A stretch of DNA of 40,624 nucleotides from Magnetococcales bacterium HA3dbin3 (GTDB lineage: Bacteria > Pseudomonadota > Magnetococcia > Magnetococcales > DC0425bin3). The notes beneath the pieces are model-generated. The model saw only the letters and a program-made list of their open reading frames with translations. It had not been told where the DNA came from and searched no databases. Positions 13,064-22,979 of this stretch are shown piece after piece. The stretch is taken from contig PEAJ01000003.1 in assembly GCA_002753495.1 (NCBI GenBank), forward strand, positions 1-40,624, given 5' to 3'. Every line of letters starts with the position of its first letter. Position 1 is the first letter of the stretch. A program made the translations under genes and the position numbers.

Positions 13064-13936
13064 TCAGCGAGGCGGGTACCGGTTACCCCCCGGCGGCTCG
13101 GTGCCCCCCTGCGGACCACCCTGTGGCGGCGGACCACCCTCACCGCCCATGCGCGGATCGGGCATTTTGGGAGCGGCCACCTGTTGAAAATCGCCCGGCA
13201 GCACGAAGAGGGCATCAGCCTGAGGCCCTTCCTGAATATTGCGAACCTCAAGGAGGTATTTCTGATCGCTGCTCATGCCGCGCACGGGAATGCGCAAACG
13301 CGCATCGATCCATTGGGTGCTGCTCATGCTCTGACCACGGAAGGAGCGCACAAACTCCCATTTTTCGGTCTGACGCCCGTTGACGTCCTCCATGCCCTTG
13401 AAGAGCCGTTCCATGATTGGGCCATCCTGCGCTTCCTGGCGCAGCACAATGCGACGTTGCGCATCCACCCACAAGTTGACCTGCATCGTCCGATTCTGGA
13501 ACGCACGCACAATCACCCACTTCTCGGCAGCAACCCCGCCGACATTTTCCGTACCGGTCTTGCTGCATTTGACCTGACCAGCGCTGGTGTTGCATGGGCT
13601 GTCCGCGTCGGAGGGCATCGGCTCGACGTCAGGCTGAGGCGGGACCGGGGCATCGGCCACCCCCTCGTAGTACTGCTTGCTTGTCGGGAGGAGCGTCCAC
13701 GCCTTGTGGTTGGTATCATCGATGAGGACAACCTTGCTCTGCCCACGATAGGACCCTTCCGCGCGCAGGCGCCCCTTGCCGACGAAGACGCGCCCCGTCG
13801 CCTGATTGCTGGGGTTGTCCTTGCTGCTCATGGTCACTTCCGCCGAAAACTCCCCCCCGTACCAGGGAGCGGCAGCCGCCGGAGAAGCCACGACACCCAC
13901 GACCAACAGAGCCAACGCCCCGGTAACCTGTTTCAT
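13064..13936 (-). CDS. Secreted protein, DUF4412/LolA-like beta-sheet family
   Basis: Signal peptide ending PAAA; GTENVGG..EKW and GMEDVNG..EKW motifs; C-terminal PQADALFVLPGDFQ and Pro/Gly-rich tail; GGAG upstream. Confidence 0.7.
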   Translation of the reverse strand: MKQVTGALALLVVGVVASPAAAAPWYGGEFSAEVTMSSKDNPSNQATGRVFVGKGRLRAEGSYRGQSKVVLIDDTNHKAWTLLPTSKQYYEGVADAPVPPQPDVEPMPSDADSPCNTSAGQVKCSKTGTENVGGVAAEKWVIVRAFQNRTMQVNLWVDAQRRIVLRQEAQDGPIMERLFKGMEDVNGRQTEKWEFVRSFRGQSMSSTQWIDARLRIPVRGMSSDQKYLLEVRNIQEGPQADALFVLPGDFQQVAAPKMPDPRMGGEGGPPPQGGPQGGTEPPGGNRYPPR

Positions 13937-14242
13937 ACCTCTGCTCCCCTTCGGATTGCATCCATCCTGAACAAACCAACCCCTCCCTCGGCATCATAGG
14001 CGTCGACACTGCCCGACGCAAAGGGAAAACACCCCCGCAACCGGATGATGGGTTTCGGAATGCCTTGGCGGCGGAGCGCGGCTTTGCTACCCTCGGCCGC
14101 GTTCTGTCGCGCTTGGCGTTCCGGCGTTTCATGTTCGTCATCGATCGGCCACCTCCCTTGGGGGGTGTCGCCGGTGCCCTCCGCATCCGCAAGGGTGATG
14201 GGGACCTCCCCCGCGCCCGTCCATCCCATCAGGAGAGATTTT

Positions 14243-14668
14243 ATGGCAATCGAGCGTACCTTTTCCATCATCAAACCGGATGCCGTGGCCAAAAATGTCA
14301 TCGGCCAGATCGTGGCCCGTTTCGAGGCCGCCGGCCTGCGGATTGTTGCCTCGCGCATGATCCACCTGACACGCGAGCAGGCTGGGGCGTTCTACGCCGT
14401 GCATAAGGGACGTCCCTTTTACGATGAGTTGACCGCCTACATGTGTTCCGGGCCGATCGTGGTTCAGGTTCTTGAGGGCGAAAATGCCATCAAGAAGAAC
14501 CGTGAGGTCATGGGGGCAACCGATCCGAAAAAGGCAGCGCCGGGAACCATTCGCGCCGATTTTGCCAGCGATGTTTCCGCCAACGCGGTTCACGGTTCCG
14601 ATGCACCGGAGACCGCAGCCCAGGAGATTGCCTTCTTCTTCAATGGTCTTGAGATTTGCCCGCGCTAG
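14243..14668 (+). CDS. ndk: Nucleoside diphosphate kinase
   Basis: [23 protein letters not shown] and NAVHGSD motifs; ATG follows AGGAG. Confidence 0.98.
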   Translation: MAIERTFSIIKPDAVAKNVIGQIVARFEAAGLRIVASRMIHLTREQAGAFYAVHKGRPFYDELTAYMCSGPIVVQVLEGENAIKKNREVMGATDPKKAAPGTIRADFASDVSANAVHGSDAPETAAQEIAFFFNGLEICPR

Positions 14669-15729
14669 GAATCCGCCTGACGGGCCTTTCCAGGGCGGAG
14701 CTGACCGAACTCGTTGCCGGATGGGGGGAAAAACCTTATCGGGTTCGGCAGCTCTGGTCCTGGATCTACGTGCGTCTCGCCTCGGAGTGGGACGCCATGA
14801 GCGACCTTTCCAAGGATTTTCGTCGCCGTTTGGCGGAGAGCTGTGCCCCGATGCGACCGCTGCCGGTGACGCATCAGGTGGCGGCTGATGGCACCGAAAA
14901 GTGGCTTTTGCAGCTCCAGGATGGCCAGACGATCGAGACGGTGTTCATCCCGGAGGAGGGGCGAGGCACCCTCTGCGTTTCGTCACAGGCGGGTTGCAGC
15001 CTGAATTGCAGTTTCTGCCATACTGGCGCTCAGGGTTTCAGCCGCAATTTGACGGCAGCGGAGATTGTCGAACAGGTGTTGTTTTGCCGGCAGGATCTGG
15101 CCCAGCGTGATCGGCGGTTAACCAACATCGTCCTCATGGGGATGGGCGAACCCCTTTACAATTACGATGCCGTCGCCAAGGCGGTACACATCCTGATGGA
15201 CGACGCCGGTGTCGCCATTGGCACACGCAAAATAACCCTCTCCACTGCCGGGGTGGTGCCGCGTTTGCACGCGGTCGGACGCGAACTGGGCGTCAATCTT
15301 GCCATCTCTCTCCATGCCGTCCGCGACGACCTCCGCGATCAATTGGTGCCCCTCAATCGCAAATACAACCTCGCTGCGTTGCGACAGGCCCTGCTCGACT
15401 ACCCCCTGAAGGGAAGCCGACGCATCACCTGGGAGTATGTCCTGCTTTCCGGAGTCAACGACACCCCGGACGATGCCCGGGAGATGGCGCGCTATCTGCG
15501 CGGCATTCCCTCCAAGGTCAATTTGATCCCCTTCAACCCCTGGCCGGGCTGCCCGTATGAGCCGGCGCCGGCGGAGCGCATGCTCCGTTTCCAGGAGATC
15601 CTGCATCAGGCAGGCTATGTGACGGTGATCCGCGACAGCCGCGGTGCCGATATCGCCGCCGCCTGTGGGCAACTGAAGGGGATGCTTCCCGGGGCGCGTT
15701 CGCGCGTTCATGCCCCCGCCGACGTGTAG
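14656..15729 (+). CDS. rlmN: Dual-specificity RNA methyltransferase RlmN (radical SAM)
   Basis: [21 protein letters not shown] and IAAACGQL motifs; conserved ndk-rlmN order. The TTG start overlaps the ndk stop. Confidence 0.96.
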   Translation: MPALGIRLTGLSRAELTELVAGWGEKPYRVRQLWSWIYVRLASEWDAMSDLSKDFRRRLAESCAPMRPLPVTHQVAADGTEKWLLQLQDGQTIETVFIPEEGRGTLCVSSQAGCSLNCSFCHTGAQGFSRNLTAAEIVEQVLFCRQDLAQRDRRLTNIVLMGMGEPLYNYDAVAKAVHILMDDAGVAIGTRKITLSTAGVVPRLHAVGRELGVNLAISLHAVRDDLRDQLVPLNRKYNLAALRQALLDYPLKGSRRITWEYVLLSGVNDTPDDAREMARYLRGIPSKVNLIPFNPWPGCPYEPAPAERMLRFQEILHQAGYVTVIRDSRGADIAAACGQLKGMLPGARSRVHAPADV

Positions 15730-15818
15730 CCTTGCCCCTTGTCGAGTCTGTTCGGCATGGTGTCCGCTGGATTGGCATTCGGGCGCGCGCGCAGGTCGCA
15801 CGGTCGATTGCAGGCACA

Positions 15819-17483
15819 TCAAGCCAACGCCGCCGGAAGGGACTGGCCCAGTGCGGGGGCGTGGTGGCTTGAATCACGCTCGGCATCACCCAAATGAAGG
15901 GCGGCGGCCAGGAGTTTCCGCGTATAGGGGTGTTGCGGCTGGTCAAAAATTTCCCGCGTCGGGCGATATTCGACGATGCGCCCCTGGTGCATGACGGCAA
16001 CATCGTGCGCCATGGCGCGAATGACACGCAAATCATGGGAGATGAAAAGATAAGCCAGATGGTGATCCGCCTGCAGGCGCAGCAAGAGCTTGAGGATTTG
16101 CGCCTGTACCGAGAGGTCGAGGGCGCTGGTGGGTTCATCGAGGAGAAGCAGATCGGGTTTGAGGACCATGGCGCGGGCGATGGCGATGCGCTGGCGCTGC
16201 CCGCCGGAGAATTGATGCGGGTAGCGATCAAGGATCTCCCCGCTCAGGCCGACCTCCTCAAGCATGGCGACGATGCGGTTGCGCCTGCGTGCCGGATCGC
16301 TCTCCAGACGGTGAACCTTCAACCCCTCCTCAAGGCTCTGGGCAATGGTCAGGCGTGGCGACAGGGAGGAGACCGGATCCTGAAACACCACTTGCAGGCG
16401 ACGTCGCAGATATCGCAACTCAGAGCGTTTGGCTCGGGTCAGATCCTGACCATCGAAGAGAAGTTCCCCACCACCGGTATTGAGACGGAGCAGGGTCTCC
16501 CCGAGGGTACTCTTGCCGCTGCCGGATTCGCCAACCACGCCCAGGGTTTCACCACGATGCAGCGTCACATCTACCGCGTCGACTGCCTTGATCCAGGCCA
16601 CGGTACGCTGCAGCACCCCACGCCGGATCGGAAAGTGGCAGTGCATACCCCGGGCAGCGTAGAGAGGGGTCGCCGCTTGCGGACGTGGTGGCGGGTGAGT
16701 GGATGGAAGGCTTGCAAGCAGGGTGCGCGTGTAGGGGTGACTGGGGGCATGAAACAGTTGCCCGGTGGCCGCGCTCTCCACCACCTTGCCGGCACGCATG
16801 ACGCAAACCCGATCGGCCGCACGCTGCACCATCGGCAGATCATGCGTGATCAGGAGCAGGGCCATGCCCAAGTCGCATTGCAGATCACGCAAGAGGTCAA
16901 GTATTTGCGCCTGAATGGTGACATCGAGGGCGGTGGTCGGCTCATCGGCAATGAGCAGGGTTGGTCGACAGGCCAGCGCCATGGCAATCATCACCCGCTG
17001 CCGCTGCCCGCCAGAGAGCTGATGCGGATAGGCATCGAAAACGCGCGGTGGATCAACAATCCCGGTACGTTCGAGCAGGGCAAGGGCCGGTACCCGAATC
17101 GCCGTGGTGCTTAACCCCTGATGCTGCATCAATGGCTCCGCCAGTTGCCGCCCGATCGGATAGACCGGATTGAGCGCGGTCATCGGCTCCTGGAAGATCA
17201 TCGCCACCTTGTTGCCACGCAGACGACGCCACGCCGTCTCGTCCATCTTCAGCAGGGAGTCATCTGCAAAACGCAGCGTTTTTGCCACGTGCCTGGCACC
17301 CGGGGGAAGCAAGCCGAGAACAGCCAGCGCGGCCATGGTCTTGCCGCTGCCTGACTCTCCGACCAGCGCCAGGGTTTCGCCCGCGTCGACGTGAAACGAT
17401 ACCCCGTCGAGGGCGACGACTTCCCTGTCCCTGTCGCCAAAACGGACGGCCAGATCCTCCACTTGAAGCAGGGGGCGATGCAT
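15819..17483 (-). CDS. yejF: Peptide ABC transporter ATPase with two NBDs (YejF-like)
   Basis: Two Walker A motifs (GESGSGKT and GESGSGKS), two SGGQRQR signatures and HPYTRxLL motifs. Confidence 0.85.
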   Translation of the reverse strand: MHRPLLQVEDLAVRFGDRDREVVALDGVSFHVDAGETLALVGESGSGKTMAALAVLGLLPPGARHVAKTLRFADDSLLKMDETAWRRLRGNKVAMIFQEPMTALNPVYPIGRQLAEPLMQHQGLSTTAIRVPALALLERTGIVDPPRVFDAYPHQLSGGQRQRVMIAMALACRPTLLIADEPTTALDVTIQAQILDLLRDLQCDLGMALLLITHDLPMVQRAADRVCVMRAGKVVESAATGQLFHAPSHPYTRTLLASLPSTHPPPRPQAATPLYAARGMHCHFPIRRGVLQRTVAWIKAVDAVDVTLHRGETLGVVGESGSGKSTLGETLLRLNTGGGELLFDGQDLTRAKRSELRYLRRRLQVVFQDPVSSLSPRLTIAQSLEEGLKVHRLESDPARRRNRIVAMLEEVGLSGEILDRYPHQFSGGQRQRIAIARAMVLKPDLLLLDEPTSALDLSVQAQILKLLLRLQADHHLAYLFISHDLRVIRAMAHDVAVMHQGRIVEYRPTREIFDQPQHPYTRKLLAAALHLGDAERDSSHHAPALGQSLPAALA

Positions 17484-17522
17484 GCAACCTTCACCTGTCT
17501 GGACGACGTGATAAAAAAACGA

Positions 17523-18563
17523 TTAACTTCCCAGCTCTTGCCGGGGATCCATCGCGTCGCGCAAGGCTTCGCCGATAAAATTGAGCAACAGAAGAACCAC
17601 CACCAGAACCACAAAGGTGGAAAGGGAGAGCCACCAGGCGTCGATGTTCTCCTTGCCCTGGCGCAACAGTTCGCCGAGACTCGGGGTGGTTGGTGGCACG
17701 CCCAGCCCGAGAAAGTCAAGGCTGGTCAGCGCCATGAACGCCTCCGAAATCCGAAACGGCAGAAAGGTGATGACCGGTGTCAGGGCGTTTGGCAGCAAGT
17801 GTCGCCCCATGATCGCCAGGTCGGACACCCCCATGGCCTGCGCCGCCTTGACGTAGACCATGTTGCGCGAACGCAAAAACTCCGCGCGCACGTAATCCGA
17901 CAGACCAATCCAACCAAAAAGCGAGAGCAAAACCAAAAGCAGCCCCAATGTCGGCGTGAACATGCTCGCAAAGATGATCAACAGGTACAGCTCGGGCATG
18001 CTGCCCCAGACTTCGATGAACCTCTGCAACGACAGGTCGACCCGACCGCCGAAATAGCCCTGGATCGCCCCGGCCAGGGTGCCCAAAACCACACCAATGG
18101 CGGTCAGGGCCAGGGCGAAGAGCACCGACAGGCGAAAACCGTAAATCAGCCGCGCCAATACGTCGCGACCGCGATCGTCGGTGCCGAGGAGATTTTCGCG
18201 CGAAGGGGGGGCCGGCGAAGGACGCGAGAGCTGGGTGTTGATCGAGCGGTAGCTGTGCGGGTTCAGAGGGAAAATGACGCGATTGCCGGCCGATTGCAGT
18301 TGCCCCAGAATGAAAGGATCCCGATAATCAGCCTCCGTTTCGAGAAAACCACCAAAGCGGGTTTCCGGATAGGTGACAAACAGTGGAAACAGCCATGTCC
18401 CCTGGTAGCGCACGATCAATGGCCGATCGTTGGAAAGAACCTCGGCGAAGAGGGAAAACCCAAACAGGATGCCAAAAATCCAAAGGGAGACGTATCCCCT
18501 GCGGTGCTTTTTGAAGAGCCGCCAGCGACGTTGAGTCAGTGGTGAAGGGTTCCAGGGGCGCAT
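17523..18563 (-). CDS. yejE: Peptide ABC transporter permease (YejE-like)
   Basis: RRWRLFKKHRRGYVSL, LGTDDRGRDVLARLIYGFR, EAA-like loop and IGEALRDAMDPR. Confidence 0.88.
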   Translation of the reverse strand: MRPWNPSPLTQRRWRLFKKHRRGYVSLWIFGILFGFSLFAEVLSNDRPLIVRYQGTWLFPLFVTYPETRFGGFLETEADYRDPFILGQLQSAGNRVIFPLNPHSYRSINTQLSRPSPAPPSRENLLGTDDRGRDVLARLIYGFRLSVLFALALTAIGVVLGTLAGAIQGYFGGRVDLSLQRFIEVWGSMPELYLLIIFASMFTPTLGLLLVLLSLFGWIGLSDYVRAEFLRSRNMVYVKAAQAMGVSDLAIMGRHLLPNALTPVITFLPFRISEAFMALTSLDFLGLGVPPTTPSLGELLRQGKENIDAWWLSLSTFVVLVVVLLLLNFIGEALRDAMDPRQELGS

Positions 18564-18652
18564 GCGGCGATTATAACGGCTCTCGACAGGTTGCAGCAGG
18601 TATCTTGTGTGCCAGGTGGATGGGTTGATCGCGGGATTTGGGAGACAACAGC

Positions 18653-20329
18653 ATGGAGAACAAAAGGAAAAAGGGTCTTGACATCACGTTGCGCTGGGGG
18701 CTGGGGAGCGCCTTTGTTGGTCTGTCCCTGCTGACTCTGTTTCTCTTCGGGTTGGTCACCCACCTCATGGTTCATACCTCGGCCAAGGAGGAGTTTCGGA
18801 ATTGTCTTTTTGAGGCAACCGGCATTGCCGCTCTGGTGGTTGATGCTCGTCTGCATAGCTCCATTCACGGTCCCACCGACGAATCCAGCGAGGCCTATCT
18901 GGCCATTCAGCGTCAATTGCGGCGCGTGCGCAACGTTTCCGGTGAAATCCAGTCCATTCATACCCTACGCAAGGAGCCGAGTGGTCGGATCATCTTTGCT
19001 GTCGATGCAACGCAGGGTGCTGATCGCACCAACCATGTCGGTCATCCGCGTGAGAAGGTCACGCCGGCGATGCTTGCGGCGTTCGAGAAACCCTATCGTG
19101 TTACAGTCGAGCAGGAGTTTCACACCGACAAGGCGGGGACGACCCTCTCCAGCTACGCCCCGATCTTCAATACCGATGGCTCCCTGGAGGCGGTCCTCGC
19201 CATTGTCATCAACGCCCAAAAAATCGCTGGTTACGAGAGCGACTACATCTACACCCTTTGCACGATCATCTTCGTTTCGACCCTCGTCGCGATGGTTCTG
19301 GGATTTCTCTTCTCGCGCCGTATCAGCAAACCTTTGCTGGCCCTGGAGCAGGACATGGCGCGGATCCAGCGGTTTGATCTCGATCACAAACCCGAGGTTG
19401 ACTCCCGTGTGCGCGAGATTGTCATGATGAAGTCGACGGTCGACAACATGAAGAACAGTCTGCGCTCCTTCAAGAAATATGTTCCCGCTGATTTGGTGGC
19501 GGAGTTGATTCTGTTGCGCAAGGAGGCGGTTCTGGGGGCGGAAAAGCGGGAGATGACCATCTTTTTTTCCGATATTGCCGGCTTCACTACGATATCCGAG
19601 CAGGTCTCTCCGGAGGTGTTGTCCGAGCGTCTGGGGGTCTATTTCGAGGGGATGACCAGCACCATCTTGCGGCAGCGTGGGACAGTGGATAAGTTCATTG
19701 GCGATGCGATCATGGCCTTCTGGGGGGCGCCGGGATTGCTCGCGACCCATGCCGAAGCGGGGTGTCGCGCGGCCCTGGCCTGTCAGCGTCTGCTTGCCGA
19801 ACAGGCGCCGGCATGGAGCCAGGCTGGATTTCCCGCGTTTCCCACGCGCATGGGACTGTGCAGTGGCGAGGTCATTGTTGGCAACATGGGATACAAGGAT
19901 CGTCTGAGTTACACGGTCATCGGCGATACCGTCAACCTCGCCAGCAGGCTGGAGAGTTTGAATAAATATTACGGTACGCGCATCGTGATTGGTGAAAGCA
20001 CGCAGGCACAGGTGGATGCCAGCATGGTGACCCGGTTTCTGGATGTGGTGGCCGTCAAGGGCAAGAGCCAGGGCGTACGTATCTACGAACTGGTGGAGGA
20101 GCGGGACCGAGTGACGCCCGAGGAGTTGCAATTTGTCAATCGCTACAATGACGGTATGCGTCTTTATCTCGATCGTCAGTGGCAACAGGCGGCGGAGCTC
20201 TTTTCGGCTTGTCTTGGGGAGCGGCCTCAGGACCAGCCTGCGGGCATGTTGCTCACGCGCTGTCGAGAGCACGCCATTCAATCGCCCCCCGCTGACTGGT
20301 GTGGCGTGACAATCATGAAGGAGAAGTGA
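18653..20329 (+). CDS. Membrane-anchored class III adenylate/guanylate cyclase (sensor domain, HAMP, cyclase, helical tail)
   Basis: Two TM segments, HAMP-like ISKPLLAL, FSDIAGFT, DKFIGDAIMA and YTVIGDTVNLASRLE. The Lys/Thr specificity pair points to a class IIIb adenylate cyclase. Confidence 0.92.
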   Translation: MENKRKKGLDITLRWGLGSAFVGLSLLTLFLFGLVTHLMVHTSAKEEFRNCLFEATGIAALVVDARLHSSIHGPTDESSEAYLAIQRQLRRVRNVSGEIQSIHTLRKEPSGRIIFAVDATQGADRTNHVGHPREKVTPAMLAAFEKPYRVTVEQEFHTDKAGTTLSSYAPIFNTDGSLEAVLAIVINAQKIAGYESDYIYTLCTIIFVSTLVAMVLGFLFSRRISKPLLALEQDMARIQRFDLDHKPEVDSRVREIVMMKSTVDNMKNSLRSFKKYVPADLVAELILLRKEAVLGAEKREMTIFFSDIAGFTTISEQVSPEVLSERLGVYFEGMTSTILRQRGTVDKFIGDAIMAFWGAPGLLATHAEAGCRAALACQRLLAEQAPAWSQAGFPAFPTRMGLCSGEVIVGNMGYKDRLSYTVIGDTVNLASRLESLNKYYGTRIVIGESTQAQVDASMVTRFLDVVAVKGKSQGVRIYELVEERDRVTPEELQFVNRYNDGMRLYLDRQWQQAAELFSACLGERPQDQPAGMLLTRCREHAIQSPPADWCGVTIMKEK

Positions 20330-20331
20330 CC

Positions 20332-22380
20332 GTGGTGGCACGATACCTGTCGGCGATTCTCGTTCTTGGCACGTTGTTTGTCGGTGGCTGTCTGGTCAGT
20401 TGGAGAAAGTGGGCGGACATTACGGTCGACTATGGCCGCAGTCTGTACATTCCCTGGCGCATGAACGAAGGGGAGGTGCTCTATCGTGACCTCGATGCCA
20501 TCTTTGGTCCCCTCTCCCACGCCTTTCATGCCTGGCTGTTTCGGATCTTTGAAACCTCGTTCATGACCCTTGTCGTGCCGAATTTGATAGGGATTATTCT
20601 CCTTGCCGCCTGCATTTTCCATTTTTTCCGACGCCATACACTACCCATTTCCGACCAGTCCACGGGATTGTTTGTGGGTACCCTGGTTTCCTCCGTGTTT
20701 TTGGCGGTGTTTGCTTTTGGCCACTACGCCTGGATGGGCAACTTCAACTACGTTACGCCCTACAGTCCGGAGGCGGTTCATGGAACAATTCTGCTCACCT
20801 TTATGGTCACCCTTGGTGCGTCGACGCTGGGGAATCCGGGGCGAATCCGGCTTCTGGTTTGGCTGATGGGGGGGGTGTGTGGTCTGATTTTCATGACCCG
20901 CGTGGATATGACCCTGGCGGCGTTGATGATTGTGGCGGTCTACATGCTGCTTGCCTGGCGTGCCCCGGCGCATCGGGTACTTGGGCTTTCCCCGCGCGTT
21001 GCCCTGTTCGCGGGCGGTGTGGTCACGGCGATACTGGTTGTTTACGTGATGATTGGCCAGTTTCCGTTGGCCTATATCTGGCATGACATCAACGTATTGC
21101 TCGTGCGGGGTCGCATCGACAAAAACCCCTTCTACGCCACGGTGATGGGAACCGATAATTGGCAGGGTAATCTCTGGGTGATGACGAAAAACATGTTTGT
21201 CTACCTGGCCCTGATTGTTGGCACGGCCATGGTCTACCGTGCCCCGCCGGCGGCCATGGGCGTGGGGGGGAAATTGGTGTATGTGGTGGCGGGGCTCTTT
21301 CCCATGCTTATGGTAACGCTGTGGATCTGGGAGATGTTTCCCATCTCCGGGCTTGCATTAATCTGCCTGTTGCCGATCGTTGGTCTGGTCTGGTCGACTT
21401 ATCGCTCCCCGCCTGTGGTGGGAAGGGTCGAGGGATGGCTGCGCAAGGCGGCAAGTCTGGTTCCCATGCTTGTGGCGGCGCTGTGGATCCTGCTGACTCC
21501 CCCTACGCCATTCCTTAAGTTATTGTTGCTTTCCATCCCGCTCCTGGTCCTGATGATGGCCGGGATGTTCCTGGTTGCCCTCTTGCGCCCGCGAGAGAAA
21601 CAGGGGTTTGACGGGGAAGGGGCCGTCCCCTGGTTGCTTTGGGCAACCTTCTCCTTTGCCCTGTTGCTGAAGGTGCCTTTTAATGCCCGTATTTTTCATT
21701 ACGGCTTTATCCATGTCATGCCCGCAACCCTTCTGCTGGTCGCATTTCTGGTCGGCCACCTGCCAGCGTGGCTGCGAGCGCTTGGATTGAACGATCGACA
21801 TTTTCGTTTGGTCATGACCGTGCTGATTGTCTTGACATCGGCGCGCCTTGTGAGTTTGGGTTACAGCCTTTATGCGAAAAAAGACTTTCCGGTTGGAGAG
21901 GGGCAAGATCAGATGTTTGTTTATTCGCCGAAGAACGATGCACGCGGCGAGGTGATCGGCAACTTTCTTGCCTGGATGAAAGAACGCGCAGCACCGAATG
22001 CCACGTTTGTCGTGGTCCCTGAAGGGGTGATGTTGAATTACCTTGCCCGGCGCAAGACTGTAACCCCGTCCATGTCATTTCTCCCTCTCGAGTTGCTGCG
22101 CATTCCTGAGGAACAGCAAATTGCTTATTTTGAGCAACGTCCGCCGGATTATTTTGTCGTGATCAAGCGAACACTCAAGGAGTATAGCCTGCCAGGTTTT
22201 GGCGAAAGTCCGAAGCTTGGGCAAAAAATGATGAGCTGGATTCACGGTCATTACAGCCAGCTGGCGTTTCTGGAACCGAAAAATGAGGATCCCGGCAAGT
22301 TTTGGATCCGGATTCTTGGCAGAAAGGAATCCCCTTATAACACGAAGCAAGGTGAAACCGGCATTCGCGGAACACAGTGA
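20332..22380 (+). CDS. Polytopic membrane protein, probable GT-C (ArnT/PMT-like) glycosyltransferase, copy 1
   Basis: First TM followed by loop DYGRSLY..GEVLYRD..FGPL, many TM helices and a soluble C-terminal domain. The GTG start (20326 or 20332) abuts the cyclase stop. Confidence 0.65.
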   Translation: MVARYLSAILVLGTLFVGGCLVSWRKWADITVDYGRSLYIPWRMNEGEVLYRDLDAIFGPLSHAFHAWLFRIFETSFMTLVVPNLIGIILLAACIFHFFRRHTLPISDQSTGLFVGTLVSSVFLAVFAFGHYAWMGNFNYVTPYSPEAVHGTILLTFMVTLGASTLGNPGRIRLLVWLMGGVCGLIFMTRVDMTLAALMIVAVYMLLAWRAPAHRVLGLSPRVALFAGGVVTAILVVYVMIGQFPLAYIWHDINVLLVRGRIDKNPFYATVMGTDNWQGNLWVMTKNMFVYLALIVGTAMVYRAPPAAMGVGGKLVYVVAGLFPMLMVTLWIWEMFPISGLALICLLPIVGLVWSTYRSPPVVGRVEGWLRKAASLVPMLVAALWILLTPPTPFLKLLLLSIPLLVLMMAGMFLVALLRPREKQGFDGEGAVPWLLWATFSFALLLKVPFNARIFHYGFIHVMPATLLLVAFLVGHLPAWLRALGLNDRHFRLVMTVLIVLTSARLVSLGYSLYAKKDFPVGEGQDQMFVYSPKNDARGEVIGNFLAWMKERAAPNATFVVVPEGVMLNYLARRKTVTPSMSFLPLELLRIPEEQQIAYFEQRPPDYFVVIKRTLKEYSLPGFGESPKLGQKMMSWIHGHYSQLAFLEPKNEDPGKFWIRILGRKESPYNTKQGETGIRGTQ

Positions 22381-22383
22381 CGA

Positions 22384-22977
22384 ATGGGCGTGTGGTGTGG
22401 TGGTACGAGGTGTTATGCCGCCCTGGCCTGTCAGCGTCTGCTTGCCGAACAGGCACCGGCGTGGAGCCAAGCTAGATTTCCCGCGTTTCCCACACACATG
22501 GGGCTGTGCAGTGGCGAGGTCATTGTTGGCAACATGGGGTACAAGGATTGCCTGAGTTACACGGTCATCGGCGATACCGTCAACCTTGCCAGCAGGTTGG
22601 AAAGTTTGAACAAGTACTATGGTACGCGCATCGTGATTGGTGAAAGCACGCAGGCACAGGTGGATGCCAGCATGGTGACCCGGTTTCTGGATGTGGTGGC
22701 CGTCAAGGGGAAGAGTCAGGGCGTGCGTATCTACGAGCTGGTGGAGGAACGGGGTCGGGTGACAGCCGAGGCGTTGCAATTTGTCGAGCGCTACAATGAC
22801 GGTATGCGTTTTTATCTTGACCGTCAGTGGCAGCGGGCGGCAGGGCTTTTTTCGGCCTGTCTTGAGGAGCGGCCCCAGGATCGGCCTGCGGACATGTTGC
22901 TTGTCCGTTGTCGGGAGTACGAAGTTCAATCGCCTCCCACGGACTGGCGTGGTGTGACGATCATGAAGGAGAAGTGA
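22384..22977 (+). pseudogene. 5'-truncated copy of the cyclase (C-terminal ~185 aa), frame intact
   Basis: Matches 19772-20329; lacks the FSDIAGF and KFIGDA motifs but keeps GDTVNLASRLE. Confidence 0.85.
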
Positions 22978-22979
22978 CC

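Noticed and set aside
14010-14060. GACGCAAAG segment suggesting a c-di-GMP-I riboswitch upstream of ndk
   Set aside because: The required preceding GGCAAACC..GAAA..GG hairpin is absent.
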